Shown: positions 52,455 through 62,672, counted from the stretch's first letter. The stretch is DNA of 64,000 bases from Flavobacteriales bacterium (GCA_016787985.1 JAEUTC010000043.1:17145-81144), one strand, 5' to 3'. The notes: generated from the sequence alone by a model not told the origin. Program-made: numbers and translations.

Positions 52455-53977
52455 TCGATGGTGGCCGGTGGTTTGGAACTGATGTCGTACACGACGCGGT
52501 TTACGCCGCGCACCCGGTTGATGATGCTGTTCGAGATCCGTGCCAGGAATTCGTACGGGAGGTGACACCAATCGGCGGTCATGCCATCGGTGCTGCTCAC
52601 GGCACGCAGGGCCACGGCGTTCTCGTAGGTGCGTTCATCGCCCATCACCCCCACGCTGCGGACCGGAAGCAGGATGGCACCCGCCTGCCACACCTGATCG
52701 TACAACCCCTCGTCGCGCAGGCCTTGGATGAAGATGTGATCCACTTCCTGAAGCAAGGCGACCTTTTCTGGGGTGATCTCGCCCAGGATGCGGATGGCGA
52801 GACCTGGGCCCGGGAAGGGATGCCTGCCGAGGATATTCGGATCAAGGTTCAGCTCCCGCCCTACCCGGCGCACTTCATCCTTAAAAAGTAGGCGCAGGGG
52901 CTCCACCACTTTCAGGTTCATGCGTTCAGGCAATCCACCTACGTTATGGTGGCTCTTGATGGTGACGCTGGGTCCGTTCACGCTCACGCTCTCGATCACA
53001 TCGGGGTAGATCGTGCCTTGGCCCAACCACTTCACGTCCTTGATCCGGTGGGCCTCCCGATCGAACACTTCGATGAAGGTCCTGCCGATGGCTTTGCGCT
53101 TGGCTTCGGGTTCCTCCAGACCTTTAAGGGCCGCATAGAACTCGTTCCGGGCATCCACCCCGGTGATGTTGAGACCCAGGTGCCGGTAGCTCTCGAGCAC
53201 TCTTGTGTATTCATCTTTCCGGAGCAAGCCATTGTCCACGAAAATGCAATGGAGCCTGTCGCCTATGGCCCTATCCAGCAAGAGGGCAGCCACCGAGCTG
53301 TCCACCCCACCGCTCAAGGCCAGCACCACCTGATCTTCGCCGAGCTGGCGTTGCAGGCTGGCCACGGTGCTCTCCACGAACCCGTGGGGGGTCCAATCGC
53401 CGTCGCAGCCGCAGATGCCGATCACGAAATTGTGGAGCAGCTGCAGTCCATCGGTGCTGTGGTACACCTCGGGGTGGAACTGGACGGCATAGGTGGGTGT
53501 TCCGAGCAGCTTGTAGGCGGCCACGGCCACCTCGGGGGTGCTGGCGATCACCTCCATGGCCTCGCTGGGTGCGGTAATGGTATCGCCGTGGCTCATCCAG
53601 ACCTGCGAACCGGCCTCGATGCCATCGAAGAGCTCATTCTGGGCGATGGTGGTGAGGTGGGCACGGCCATATTCCCGCACCTTGCTACGCTCCACCGGAG
53701 CTCCTGCCCGTTTAGCGAGCAATTGAGCCCCGTAACAGACGGCCAGTATCGGCAACCGACCAAGGAAGCCATTGATGTCGGTATCCGGCGCGTTCGGCTC
53801 ATGCACGCTGCTGGGGCTGCCACTGAGGATGACCCCGGCGATGTCCGGATCGTTCGCGAACTGTTGTGCCTTGGAGAAGGGATGGATCTCGCAGTACACA
53901 TTCAGCTCGCGTACACGCCTGGCAATGAGCTGAGTATACTGGGAGCCATGATCGAGGATGAGGATGGAGCGCGGCAC
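52445..53977 (-). CDS. guaA: Glutamine-hydrolysing GMP synthase
   Basis: [27 protein letters not shown] (GATase), [10 protein letters not shown] (PP-loop) and a C-terminal ...[12 protein letters not shown] at 53977 gives 510 aa, typical for GuaA; the listed ORF extends to 54046. Confidence 0.95.
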   Translation of the reverse strand: MPRSILILDHGSQYTQLIARRVRELNVYCEIHPFSKAQQFANDPDIAGVILSGSPSSVHEPNAPDTDINGFLGRLPILAVCYGAQLLAKRAGAPVERSKVREYGRAHLTTIAQNELFDGIEAGSQVWMSHGDTITAPSEAMEVIASTPEVAVAAYKLLGTPTYAVQFHPEVYHSTDGLQLLHNFVIGICGCDGDWTPHGFVESTVASLQRQLGEDQVVLALSGGVDSSVAALLLDRAIGDRLHCIFVDNGLLRKDEYTRVLESYRHLGLNITGVDARNEFYAALKGLEEPEAKRKAIGRTFIEVFDREAHRIKDVKWLGQGTIYPDVIESVSVNGPSVTIKSHHNVGGLPERMNLKVVEPLRLLFKDEVRRVGRELNLDPNILGRHPFPGPGLAIRILGEITPEKVALLQEVDHIFIQGLRDEGLYDQVWQAGAILLPVRSVGVMGDERTYENAVALRAVSSTDGMTADWCHLPYEFLARISNSIINRVRGVNRVVYDISSKPPATIEWE

Positions 53978-54271
53978 CGTGGAGCGGCCCAGGATTGAAC
54001 AGCCCGGGGGGCTAAAAGTAGCCTTCGGCCGGGGTACGCTCCGCATCGAACAGAATGCGCGATCGATCGTGGAAAACGGGGCGGTCCCGGAGGCATCGAA
54101 GGGGGGCTACTCCACGTCTAAAGGACAGGTACGATAAGGGAGACTGTGGCAACCGGATCGGTGAACGGCACCAATGAAGTCATCAACAGCCGGTTGTTCG
54201 TATCCCGGATCGTGCGATCTTTGCCCATAGATGGTGTCTCCAATGACGCAGGCACCTTGAACGACCAGAAC

Positions 54272-57200
54272 ATGACCATGGGTAGCACCACACGTGCCAT
54301 CTTCCTTTCGGTTCTGTTCGGGCTGGTATCCCTCTCCCTACACGCCCAGCAGTTGCTGGATGATTTCAACCGCGCGGCGGACAACGTCGTAGGTGGAGGT
54401 TGGACGGAAACGGAGACGTCCTCTCCCACAGGCGCGCGCATCAATAGTGCGGGACAGCTGGAAATGGGCAGTACGACCCAAGGACGGGATTATGTGTCCC
54501 AGGACATCACGGGGCTATATGGCACCACGTTCGGTACCAATTCGTGCTTATTGACATGGTCTTTCTTCTTCCGACAAAGTCGAACAGACCCCAGTGGTTA
54601 TGCGCTCGGCGAGTACGCTGCGGCTTTCGTATTGGGTGCCACTACGGCCAATCTCAACACGGTGAGCAACGGCTATGCTGTGGTATTCGGTCAGAGCGGC
54701 TCCACTGACCCGATCCGATTGGTCCGTTTTGCTGGAGGTCTGTCGGGCACCTTGACCAACGTGATAACCGGCACGGGCGCCGGAGCGGATCTTGGGGCAG
54801 GTTACTATGGCGTGCGGGTGACATACGCACCAGCAACGAACACATGGACGTTGTACTTGGCCGTCCTTACGGCCGGAACATTTTCCAGCACCGCGCCAGC
54901 GGCCATTACCACATCGGTCGGATCGGCGGCCAACGCGTTCTACACCGGCACCAACCTTCCCTTTATCGGGGCCTACTGGAACCATGCGACCTCGGGCACT
55001 GATGCTGCCATATTCGACAATATCCACGTTCCTCAGCTCTGCATCCCCACGGTGAACCTCACCTCCACAGCAGGATCGGCAGGCGAGAACGTTGGTACCG
55101 TCACTGTGAATATCAGCATCTTCCCGGCAACGCTTACCGGAGGCAACATCGTGGTCACGGTGACCAATGGAACTGGGGTCGTGTATGGCGCTGGCAACGA
55201 CTACACCACGACCCCCGCCGTGGTCGGTACGGACATCACCATACCGGTCCTGGCCGGTGCTACGACCGCCTCCTTCACGATAGCAGTGAACGACGATGCG
55301 CTCGATGAAGGCAACGAGTTGATCTCCTTCGCCTTGAGCGCCACCACAGGTGACCTCGTTCTTGGATCGACGTTGGACTACGAACAGACCATCATCGACA
55401 ACGATGGTCCTCCGCAGATCAACTTCACCACGCTGAGTCAAACAAGGCTTGAGACTTCTGGAGGTTCGGTGGTGTTCAACCTCAGCATCAGTCCTCCCGC
55501 ACCGTCGGCGGGCAATGTCACGTTCAGTGTGACCCCGGGGATCGGTGCCGTTTGTGGCGTCGGACAGGATTATCAGGTACAAGGGTTCGCGTGTCCGACC
55601 CCCACGTTCACGGTCGCGATCCTTGCAGGGGCCACGAGTTTATCGTTCACCGTGAATTACTACGACGATGTGATGATCGTGGAGCCCACGGAGGATGTCA
55701 CCTTCACCATTACGAACACACCTTGGGGCGTAGGGGGCATCGGGGCGGCCAATTCCGGAGTGCTGTTCATCGCGGATAATGATTCCCCACCAACGGTGCT
55801 TGCTGCAGGAGACATCCTCATCGTAGGTGTGAACGCGAACAACGGAGCATGCCCCGGTGGTTCTACGGGTGAGGATTTCGTCAGCTTCTTCTCATTCAAG
55901 CCCATTCAGTTCGGCACACGGATCATCCTTACGGATAATGGGTATGAACGATGCACGCCTGGCCTATGGGGCAACACCGAAGGAACGGTGGAGATCCGAC
56001 GTACCGGTCCTGCAATACCGGCCGGTCAAGTCGTGACGATTAGGATCACCGGGACCAGTGGCACAGGCAATGTGATCGGCGTGGCGCCGGATGCGAATTG
56101 GACGTGCTCTTCGCTCAATGGAGGGACCTCTCTGGCACTTAATGTCGGTGGCGACCAACTGTTCTTCATGCAGGGTGGAACGTGGAACACGAATACCGTC
56201 GGCGGGAACAACGCCACGTACACGGGAACCGTGGTCTACGGATTCAGCACGAACCCAAGCTTCCCTTGGAGCCAAACGTGTCCTAGCCCAGCCGGCAACC
56301 AACGAAGCAATCTTCCACCTGGGATGAATTGTTTTAGCATGTCCCCCACCCTCGCTTCGGACTTTAACAAGTACATCGGTCCGTTGACGATCGCCTCCCA
56401 GCGCGATTGGATCATACGGCTTGACAATACGGCCAATTGGAGCACCTACGCGAATTGTGGCGCGTACAACAGTGCGTTGCCGAATTGGCTGCTCTCGCCG
56501 ACCCTACCCATCGCTCCAGGAACGCCAACACCTGGGCTGTGGAAGGGAAGCACCGCTCCCACAGGCACCGATTGGTTCGATTGTAAGAACTGGGACGACG
56601 CCACGGTGCCCACCCCAACCACCAACGTAAGGATCGACGAGACCGCGAACAACAACTGCGTCGTTGGTGTGACGGCTGGTGGGAACGCTGTTTGTGCAAG
56701 TTTGGTCCAAACCAACTTCGGCACGGCTCGGAACCTCACCATCCAGAATAACAGCAGTTTGGCGGTCGGGGGCCCCATTACGGTGCAGCGCACCAGCGCC
56801 GGCACTCCGATCTTCCTGACCGTTCTTGGGAACAGCACCCTCACTGCGACGAACTTCACGATACAAGGCACCGCGGCGAATGAGGCTCGCTTCGTGAACG
56901 AAGTTCCAGGGAACACCGTCTCCTTCTCCGGCGACCTCACCATCGGCACGGGTGGTTTCGTGGACCTCGCCGGGGCTGGTGTGGGCGGCACCATCTCCAT
57001 CGCAGGGAACTACAGCAATGCTGGACCCACGGAGGCCACCTTGGATGAGACCTTCGGGACCTTGCGGTTCAACGGACTCGGCTCCCAGAGCATTTCCACC
57101 AGTGGATTCCAGGAGGTGATGACGAACCTTTCGTTGAACAAGGCTGGCGGTAGCCTCACGTTGAATGCTCCGGTAGCGCTGCGCGGCGTGCTCACGCTCA

Positions 57201-58288
57201 CGAACGGCCTGGTCAACACCACGGCCACCGAACTGCTCACCCTGCGTGCTGGCAGCAGCGTATCAGGTGGCAGTGACCTCAGCCATGTGAATGGCCCCAT
57301 GGAGAAGATCGGTAACACGAACTTCACCTTCCCGGTGGGTAAAGGTGGCGACTACCGCCCCTGTGGCGTGAGCAGCATCAGCGGCTCGGTCACCGATGCG
57401 TTCCGGGCGGAGTACTTCCCTCTTTCTGCGGCGGTATGGGGCTCTACTGGAGACCCCACACTACACCATGTGAGCACGTGTGAATATTGGACCATCGACC
57501 GGAGCGTCGGCACACCGAATGCGGTGGTATCCCTCACTTGGGAAGCGCCAGCGAGCTGCGGTGTCACGGACCTGCCGGAGTTGCGCGTGGCCCGGTGGGA
57601 CGATACCGCCTTGCCCGCCCCAGGTACTTGGCGCGATCGCGGGAACGGAGGCGCAGCGGGCACCCTTGCGTCTGGCACCATTCCTACGGCAGCGGTGCAG
57701 AGCTTGTTCAACGCCACCACCACGGCTTGGACCTTGGCGTCCATCACCCAGAGCAACCCACTACCGATCGCACTCCTCGAGTTCAACGCCAAGCCGGAGG
57801 GCAGTGTGGTCCGCGTGGAATGGGCCACGGCCTCCGAGCGGGACAACGCCTTGTTCACGGTGGAACGAAGCCGCGATGGAGTGGCGTTCGAAACGGTGGC
57901 TAATGTGCCCGGTGCAGGTTCGAGCAACACCTTGCAGAGCTACTCGGAGATCGACCCATCACCGATCTCTGGCCTTAGTTACTATCGCCTGCGGCAGACC
58001 GATGTGGACGGTACGAGCACCGTCTCGAACATGGTGGCCGTGATGTTCGGCGCGTTGAGCGAACGACCGTTGGTGGTGTTCGGTGATGGCACGAATTGGA
58101 CCGCAGTGCACGGTTTCTCGGCAGGTAGCACCTATGAGATCGTGGACATGACCGGTAGGCGGATCCTGGGCGGGAACACGCTCATGGATGGTCGCACGGA
58201 CTTCTACGGCTTGGTGCTTTCCCGCGGCGCATATGTCCTGCGCATCACCGATGGTGAGCGCGTGGAAAGCCAGCGCTTCGTGTTTTGA
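54272..58288 (+). CDS. Giant T9SS-secreted surface protein with Calx-beta-like domains
   Basis: Signal peptide MTMGSTTRAIFLSVLFGLVSLSLHAQQ. At least three Calx-beta-like units (..AG.NVGTVTVN..., TIPVLAGATTASFTIAVNDDALDEGNE). The LLEFNAKPEG...LSYYRLRQTDVDG module is followed by the terminal tail ...GAYVLRITDGERVESQRFVF. Confidence 0.85.
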   Translation: MTMGSTTRAIFLSVLFGLVSLSLHAQQLLDDFNRAADNVVGGGWTETETSSPTGARINSAGQLEMGSTTQGRDYVSQDITGLYGTTFGTNSCLLTWSFFFRQSRTDPSGYALGEYAAAFVLGATTANLNTVSNGYAVVFGQSGSTDPIRLVRFAGGLSGTLTNVITGTGAGADLGAGYYGVRVTYAPATNTWTLYLAVLTAGTFSSTAPAAITTSVGSAANAFYTGTNLPFIGAYWNHATSGTDAAIFDNIHVPQLCIPTVNLTSTAGSAGENVGTVTVNISIFPATLTGGNIVVTVTNGTGVVYGAGNDYTTTPAVVGTDITIPVLAGATTASFTIAVNDDALDEGNELISFALSATTGDLVLGSTLDYEQTIIDNDGPPQINFTTLSQTRLETSGGSVVFNLSISPPAPSAGNVTFSVTPGIGAVCGVGQDYQVQGFACPTPTFTVAILAGATSLSFTVNYYDDVMIVEPTEDVTFTITNTPWGVGGIGAANSGVLFIADNDSPPTVLAAGDILIVGVNANNGACPGGSTGEDFVSFFSFKPIQFGTRIILTDNGYERCTPGLWGNTEGTVEIRRTGPAIPAGQVVTIRITGTSGTGNVIGVAPDANWTCSSLNGGTSLALNVGGDQLFFMQGGTWNTNTVGGNNATYTGTVVYGFSTNPSFPWSQTCPSPAGNQRSNLPPGMNCFSMSPTLASDFNKYIGPLTIASQRDWIIRLDNTANWSTYANCGAYNSALPNWLLSPTLPIAPGTPTPGLWKGSTAPTGTDWFDCKNWDDATVPTPTTNVRIDETANNNCVVGVTAGGNAVCASLVQTNFGTARNLTIQNNSSLAVGGPITVQRTSAGTPIFLTVLGNSTLTATNFTIQGTAANEARFVNEVPGNTVSFSGDLTIGTGGFVDLAGAGVGGTISIAGNYSNAGPTEATLDETFGTLRFNGLGSQSISTSGFQEVMTNLSLNKAGGSLTLNAPVALRGVLTLTNGLVNTTATELLTLRAGSSVSGGSDLSHVNGPMEKIGNTNFTFPVGKGGDYRPCGVSSISGSVTDAFRAEYFPLSAAVWGSTGDPTLHHVSTCEYWTIDRSVGTPNAVVSLTWEAPASCGVTDLPELRVARWDDTALPAPGTWRDRGNGGAAGTLASGTIPTAAVQSLFNATTTAWTLASITQSNPLPIALLEFNAKPEGSVVRVEWATASERDNALFTVERSRDGVAFETVANVPGAGSSNTLQSYSEIDPSPISGLSYYRLRQTDVDGTSTVSNMVAVMFGALSERPLVVFGDGTNWTAVHGFSAGSTYEIVDMTGRRILGGNTLMDGRTDFYGLVLSRGAYVLRITDGERVESQRFVF

Positions 58289-58297
58289 AGCTGTCGG

Positions 58298-59881
58298 TCA
58301 GCAGACCACCAACTTGAAGGTCGGATCCAACGGATCGAGCGTTCGCATCCAGTTGTCCAACGCTGCGAGGCCTTCGGCCGCGAGCTGGGGAAGGATGTTA
58401 TCCCGCCGCTCTTGCAAACCACCGCTAGGGAAGAGCGCTGTTCGCACAGCGGCCAGGCGCCCAAGCGCCACCGTTTGATCTCGTTTGGCTGCGCGAAGCA
58501 GCCCTTTCTCCAGCCGCTCAAGGCCCCGCAGGGCTTGCATACGGCGCGCTTCCACTGCACCCTTCAATGAAGCATCAGCGCGCAAAGCGGTGGACATCAC
58601 GTCCTGGTAGGCTTGGTCGATGGCTGCCCGCTCCACGACAAGATCGGTGCGGAAGGTCGCATCGCGCTTGGCCACCAGCGCCTGTAGCACGATCGGATCA
58701 GTGAAGAGGTCCTTCGGAGCAAGTCCCAGGTCACTCCATTGCAGCATGTGTTTCGCACTGATCGTAGCCGCGCTCGTTCGCAAGAACAGCACGGGCATGG
58801 GTACACGCAAGGCTTGGAAGAGCCAACGCAACTGGATCCAATAGGCCAACTCCCCTCCACCTCCGATGTAGGCGATATTCGGCAGGATGTGCTCTTGATA
58901 GACCGGCCGCAACACCACGTTCGGCGAGAAGTCCTCCGGACGGGTTTCCACCTGAACGAGCAACTCCTCTAATGTCCAGCGTGGGCCGTCATCCAATACC
59001 TGGTAATGATCACCGTGCCGTTCGATGCGTGAGCGATGGCCCTTACGCAAGTGGAAAAGGTTGATCTCGCGCGCGTGGGCTTGTGGGGCGTACCGTTCGC
59101 GCATTTTCTCATTGGCATAGGCCACGGAACGCTCACCCACCTGGTTCACCAGTTCCTCCACCATAACGGGCGCGAACAGGCGCTTCAAGGCTGCATCATC
59201 ACCATCCAGGATCACCAGTCCGTAGTGGCCGAAGAATGCATGGATGAAGTGCCGGGTGGCTTCCGTCAAGGTGCGACCTTCCGTGTACGCTTCGCGCAGG
59301 GCGCTCGCCACCATGGCGCTTTCTGTTCCCGGCCCGAACGCCGCGATGGCCTCTTCCACCTGCGCGGTGATGCCCGTGAGCTTCATGCGGCCCACTGCAC
59401 CACCGGAAGCGCCTGTCCAACGGATGGTCCGGCCATTGATCACCGCGTGATCGATCTCCGCAGCGTCATGATCCTCCGATGCCATCCAGAACACGGGTAC
59501 CACCGGACGACCCAGCAGGACCTCTGCTTCCCGAGCGAGTCGAATGGTATTGAGGATCTTGTAGGGTACGTAGAGTGGCCCGGAGAACAGGCAGAGTTGA
59601 TGGCCGGTGGTAACGGTCAGACACCGTGGATCACGCAGTTTCCGGAGGTTGGCGCGGACCTCGGAATGCAGTTCGAGCGTGCTGTATTGGGCCTCCAGTG
59701 CGTTACAGAGGATGGTACGGAAGCCCGGATCGAAGGTGCGCGCGGCGGCGGCTTGCCGAAGACCGGACGCATCCGGTGGGAGTTCGAGGAATTGGCGCAC
59801 GAACGCATCACCGCTCAAGTGATCCAGTACCGGGGCCGCGAACCTTCCGGTGTCCGCGTAGGCGATCCGCTCCACAGGCAT
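58298..59881 (-). CDS. bshC: Bacillithiol biosynthesis cysteine-adding enzyme
   Basis: 527 aa. N-terminal I.Y.DTGRF..PVLDHL pattern and the internal AYIGGGGELAYWIQL signature typical of BshC. The length also matches. Confidence 0.8.
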   Translation of the reverse strand: MPVERIAYADTGRFAAPVLDHLSGDAFVRQFLELPPDASGLRQAAAARTFDPGFRTILCNALEAQYSTLELHSEVRANLRKLRDPRCLTVTTGHQLCLFSGPLYVPYKILNTIRLAREAEVLLGRPVVPVFWMASEDHDAAEIDHAVINGRTIRWTGASGGAVGRMKLTGITAQVEEAIAAFGPGTESAMVASALREAYTEGRTLTEATRHFIHAFFGHYGLVILDGDDAALKRLFAPVMVEELVNQVGERSVAYANEKMRERYAPQAHAREINLFHLRKGHRSRIERHGDHYQVLDDGPRWTLEELLVQVETRPEDFSPNVVLRPVYQEHILPNIAYIGGGGELAYWIQLRWLFQALRVPMPVLFLRTSAATISAKHMLQWSDLGLAPKDLFTDPIVLQALVAKRDATFRTDLVVERAAIDQAYQDVMSTALRADASLKGAVEARRMQALRGLERLEKGLLRAAKRDQTVALGRLAAVRTALFPSGGLQERRDNILPQLAAEGLAALDNWMRTLDPLDPTFKLVVC

Positions 59882-59954
59882 CAGGGCGCAAAGGTAGCCG
59901 TGTTCATCCGGCGCACATGCACGGCCGTCAGGGCAATCGCCTCTTCATTCTCTG

Positions 59955-60113
59955 CGACCCCGCTGGGGTCGAAGACATTGCTTTTTCGATCTTTTCTAAG
60001 CTCTTTGACCCCTCTGGGGTCAGGACGAAAGGACCTTACCTGACCCCAGAGGGGTCACAGAACATAGCTTTCAACAGTAGCAGATAACATTCGACCCGCC
60101 GTACGGCGGGTCG
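59955..60113. repeat. Cluster of four REP-like hairpins (GACCC-N-GGGTC family) arranged as two ~86-nt tandem units
   Basis: CGACCCC-GCT-GGGGTCG (59955-59971), TGACCCC-TCT-GGGGTCA (60006-60022), TGACCCC-AGA-GGGGTCA (60041-60057) and CGACCCGCCG-TA-CGGCGGGTCG (60092-60113). The start-to-start spacing between successive hairpins is 51, 35 and 51 nt. The spacers after hairpins 1 and 3 are similar (aagacattgcttt vs agaacatagcttt). Confidence 0.8.
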
Positions 60114-60212
60114 CAGAGCAGGTCCATCAATTTGCGTTCGAAAGAAGACGCGGGAGCCCTGGCACGACCATCAAGCCACACTTCGTTACATTTCGAGGCC
60201 CTAGTCCCGAAG

Positions 60213-60533
60213 ATGTCCACCGACACTCCGCGTTATACGTCCTTGAAGGAGTTCTTTCCCTTCTACCTGCGCGAGCACCAGCACCCGACCAGTCGGCTTC
60301 TGCACTTCACGGGTACGGCTTTGATCGGTGTGTGGATCGTGCTGGCGTTGGTCACCAGGAACGCTGCATGGCTTTGGATGGTGCCCATCGGAGGTTACGG
60401 CTTCGCTTGGGTGGGCCATGCCTTCTTCGAGCGCAACAAGCCGGCCACCTTCCAATATCCGTTGTACAGTCTGGCGAGTGACTTCATCCTTTTCTGGCGT
60501 CTATTAACGGGGCGCGAACGATTCCGCCCGTGA
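60213..60533 (+). CDS. DUF962 (Mpo1-like) family membrane protein
   Basis: FFPFYLREHQHPTSRLLHFTGT...GYGFAWVGHAFFERNKPATFQYP. The start was trimmed to MSTDTPRY. Confidence 0.8.
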   Translation: MSTDTPRYTSLKEFFPFYLREHQHPTSRLLHFTGTALIGVWIVLALVTRNAAWLWMVPIGGYGFAWVGHAFFERNKPATFQYPLYSLASDFILFWRLLTGRERFRP

Positions 60534-60570
60534 GCGACTTTCCCACCCGAACCATCAACACCCGACCACC

Positions 60571-62181
60571 ATGCCGATCAGAATGACCGACGACCGCAAT
60601 GAGCAGCAACCCAGCCGCCGTTCTACTGGAGGGGGTGGCGGTGGCATGAGTGGAGGCGGCGGAGGCATGGGCTCGTTGTTGCCGATGCTCATCGGGCTGC
60701 TGATGAAGAAACCCAAGTTGATGCTCATCGTGCTCGGCATCGGGGCAGTGTTGTACTTCACCGGAGGCCTGAAGGGCTGCCTTGGCGAAGGCGGCGGTGA
60801 TGTGAGCCAACTGCTCAAACTCGCCACGGGTGGCAACATGGACCCAGCGGTCTACGACAAGGCGGAGGTCTTCGAACCCCTCGCGGACAATGTGAACGCT
60901 CCTTTGCCCGAGCGTCATTCGCTGGAGCAGTACGCCCCCAAGCGCCAGAACCAAGGTCAACAGGGCAGCTGCGTGGCATGGGCCAGCGCTTATGCGGCAC
61001 GCACCATCGTACAAGCGGCAGCCACCAAGCAGGATCCGAACAGCACGGCGTTCAGTCCGGCGTTCATGTACAACCAGATCAAGATCGAGAACAGCGATTG
61101 CCAGGGCAGCTACATCCAGCGCGCCATGGACCAGATGAAAGGTGGTGGCGCCCTCCCCTACAGCCAATTCGGGTACACGGACGAGAGTTGTGCCAAGCTG
61201 CCCACCGAAGAGCAGCGCCGCCAGGCTTCGCAGTTCCGGATCAAAGGTTCCCAGCGGCTTTCGAAGAGCGACGATCCCCGCTCCATGGTGGACATGGTGG
61301 CCATGAAACAGCAACTGGCGCAAGGCAGTCCCATCGTCATCGGCATGATGGTGGGCGGCAGCTTCATGCAGGACATGATGGGCCAGGACAAGTGGCTGCC
61401 CACGCAGAGCGACTACGCGATGCGCGGTTTCGGTGGCCATGCCATGTGCGTGATCGGATACGACGACTACAAGTTCCAGAACGAGTACGAGAAGCCGATG
61501 GGAGGCTTCCAGATCATGAACTCGTGGGGACCGGAATGGGGTAAGAACGGGCTGGCGTGGGTGAGTTATGACGACTTCGCCCACTTCACCAAAGAGGCCT
61601 ACGCCGTGTATCCGCAGGGCGAAGGCGTGGATGTGAAGCCGAGCGCGTTCGACATCCGCTTCGGCCTGCCGATCGTGGATGATGCAGGCAAGCCCACAGG
61701 GGAGTACATCGCCTTGAAGCACATGGGCGGCCGCACGTTCAGAACGGAGAAGCCCATCGCCAAAGGCACGCGCTTCAAGGTGGAGATGACCAACAATACC
61801 GAGTGCTACGCTTATTGCTTCGGGCAGGAAGTGGATGGCAGCACCTACGTATTGTTCCCCAACACGCCGAAACACTCCCCTTACTGCGGCATCACCGGCA
61901 CACGCCAGTTCCCGCGCGACCAGAGCATGACGGCCGATGATGTGGGCACCACCGACGTGATGACCATCCTGGTCTACAACCAGGCCATCGACTTCAACAA
62001 GGTGGACGGAGCGTTGAAGACCTCCACGGCCAAAGGAATGGACGCCAAATTGAGCGCAGTGCTCGGCACCGAACTCGCTGAGGCGAGTCTTTTGAACTAT
62101 ACCCAAGGCAAGACTTTTGGCGCCACAGGACCAGCCACTAAAGCGGCCATGGCAGTGGTCTTGGAGATCGAGAAGCGATGA
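60571..62181 (+). CDS. Membrane-anchored C1 (papain) family cysteine peptidase with a C-terminal DUF4384-like domain
   Basis: Gly-rich N-terminus plus a TM segment. QGQQGSC(V)AWASAY (Gln/Cys), GGHAMCVIGYDD (His) and MNSWGPEWGKNGLAWVSYD (Asn-Ser-Trp). The C-terminal FKVEMTNNTECYAYCFGQEVDGSTYVLFPN is DUF4384-like. Confidence 0.85.
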   Translation: MPIRMTDDRNEQQPSRRSTGGGGGGMSGGGGGMGSLLPMLIGLLMKKPKLMLIVLGIGAVLYFTGGLKGCLGEGGGDVSQLLKLATGGNMDPAVYDKAEVFEPLADNVNAPLPERHSLEQYAPKRQNQGQQGSCVAWASAYAARTIVQAAATKQDPNSTAFSPAFMYNQIKIENSDCQGSYIQRAMDQMKGGGALPYSQFGYTDESCAKLPTEEQRRQASQFRIKGSQRLSKSDDPRSMVDMVAMKQQLAQGSPIVIGMMVGGSFMQDMMGQDKWLPTQSDYAMRGFGGHAMCVIGYDDYKFQNEYEKPMGGFQIMNSWGPEWGKNGLAWVSYDDFAHFTKEAYAVYPQGEGVDVKPSAFDIRFGLPIVDDAGKPTGEYIALKHMGGRTFRTEKPIAKGTRFKVEMTNNTECYAYCFGQEVDGSTYVLFPNTPKHSPYCGITGTRQFPRDQSMTADDVGTTDVMTILVYNQAIDFNKVDGALKTSTAKGMDAKLSAVLGTELAEASLLNYTQGKTFGATGPATKAAMAVVLEIEKR

Positions 62182-62672
62182 AAAAGGTCCTTTGGATATT
62201 GGCTGCGCTCTTGGTGATCGCCCAATTCGTGCAGCCCGACCGCACCGTGGAGGCCAATGCACCGGAACATGACCTCATCGCCGTGACCGAGCCACCTTCG
62301 GAGGTGAAGGACCTTCTGCGCTCGGCCTGCTACGATTGCCACAGCGACCACACGACCTATCCGTGGTACAGCAGGATAACGCCGATCAACTTCTGGTTGC
62401 AAGACCACATCGAGGAAGGCCGGGCGGAATTCGACATGAGCTCGTGGGGTCGCCGGCGCGCCAAGTGGCAGCGGCATAAGGCCGAAGAGAGCGTGGAGTT
62501 GATCGATCAGGAAGAGATGCCACTACATAGCTACACCTGGGTGCATGGTGAGGCACGGCTAAGCCCGGCTCAACGGCAGGTATTGTCCACCTTCTTCGGC
62601 GCTTTGCGCGATGCCATACCCGCCGAGGTCGGTGCAGGAAATGGCACCGGTGGTGGAAAAGGAAGGCACTAA
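62178..62672 (+). CDS. Haem-binding domain protein (Haem_bd, CxxCH)
   Basis: N-terminal TM segment. ACYDCHSDHTTYPWYSRITPINFWLQDHIEEGRAEFDMSSW and EEMPLHSYTWVH. ATGA overlap with the C1 peptidase gene. Confidence 0.8.
   Translation: MKKVLWILAALLVIAQFVQPDRTVEANAPEHDLIAVTEPPSEVKDLLRSACYDCHSDHTTYPWYSRITPINFWLQDHIEEGRAEFDMSSWGRRRAKWQRHKAEESVELIDQEEMPLHSYTWVHGEARLSPAQRQVLSTFFGALRDAIPAEVGAGNGTGGGKGRH

Noticed and set aside
52946-53998. 350-aa plus-strand ORF
   Set aside because: It is antisense to guaA, whose identity is unambiguous.
54548-55582. 344-aa minus-strand ORF, and other ORFs antisense to the giant Calx-beta gene (56446-57000, 57352-57930)
   Set aside because: All of them lie inside and antisense to the 1338-aa gene, have Arg/Gly/Val-rich composition, and show no motifs.
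59036-60043. 335-aa plus-strand ORF
   Set aside because: It is antisense to bshC. Its 3' end merely reads through the REP hairpins, giving the ...TPLGS... peptides typical of repeat read-through.
59955-60113. Regularly spaced short repeats that could be mistaken for a small CRISPR array
   Set aside because: Each repeat is a 17-22-nt self-complementary hairpin with a 2-3-nt loop, not a 28-37-nt CRISPR repeat. The copies differ from one another. The spacers between them are partly homologous, forming a tandem 86-nt unit. No cas genes are present in the window.
60484-62262. 592-aa minus-strand ORF
   Set aside because: It is entirely antisense to the well-supported C1 peptidase gene, and its composition is shadow-ORF-like (rich in H, A, G, R and V).
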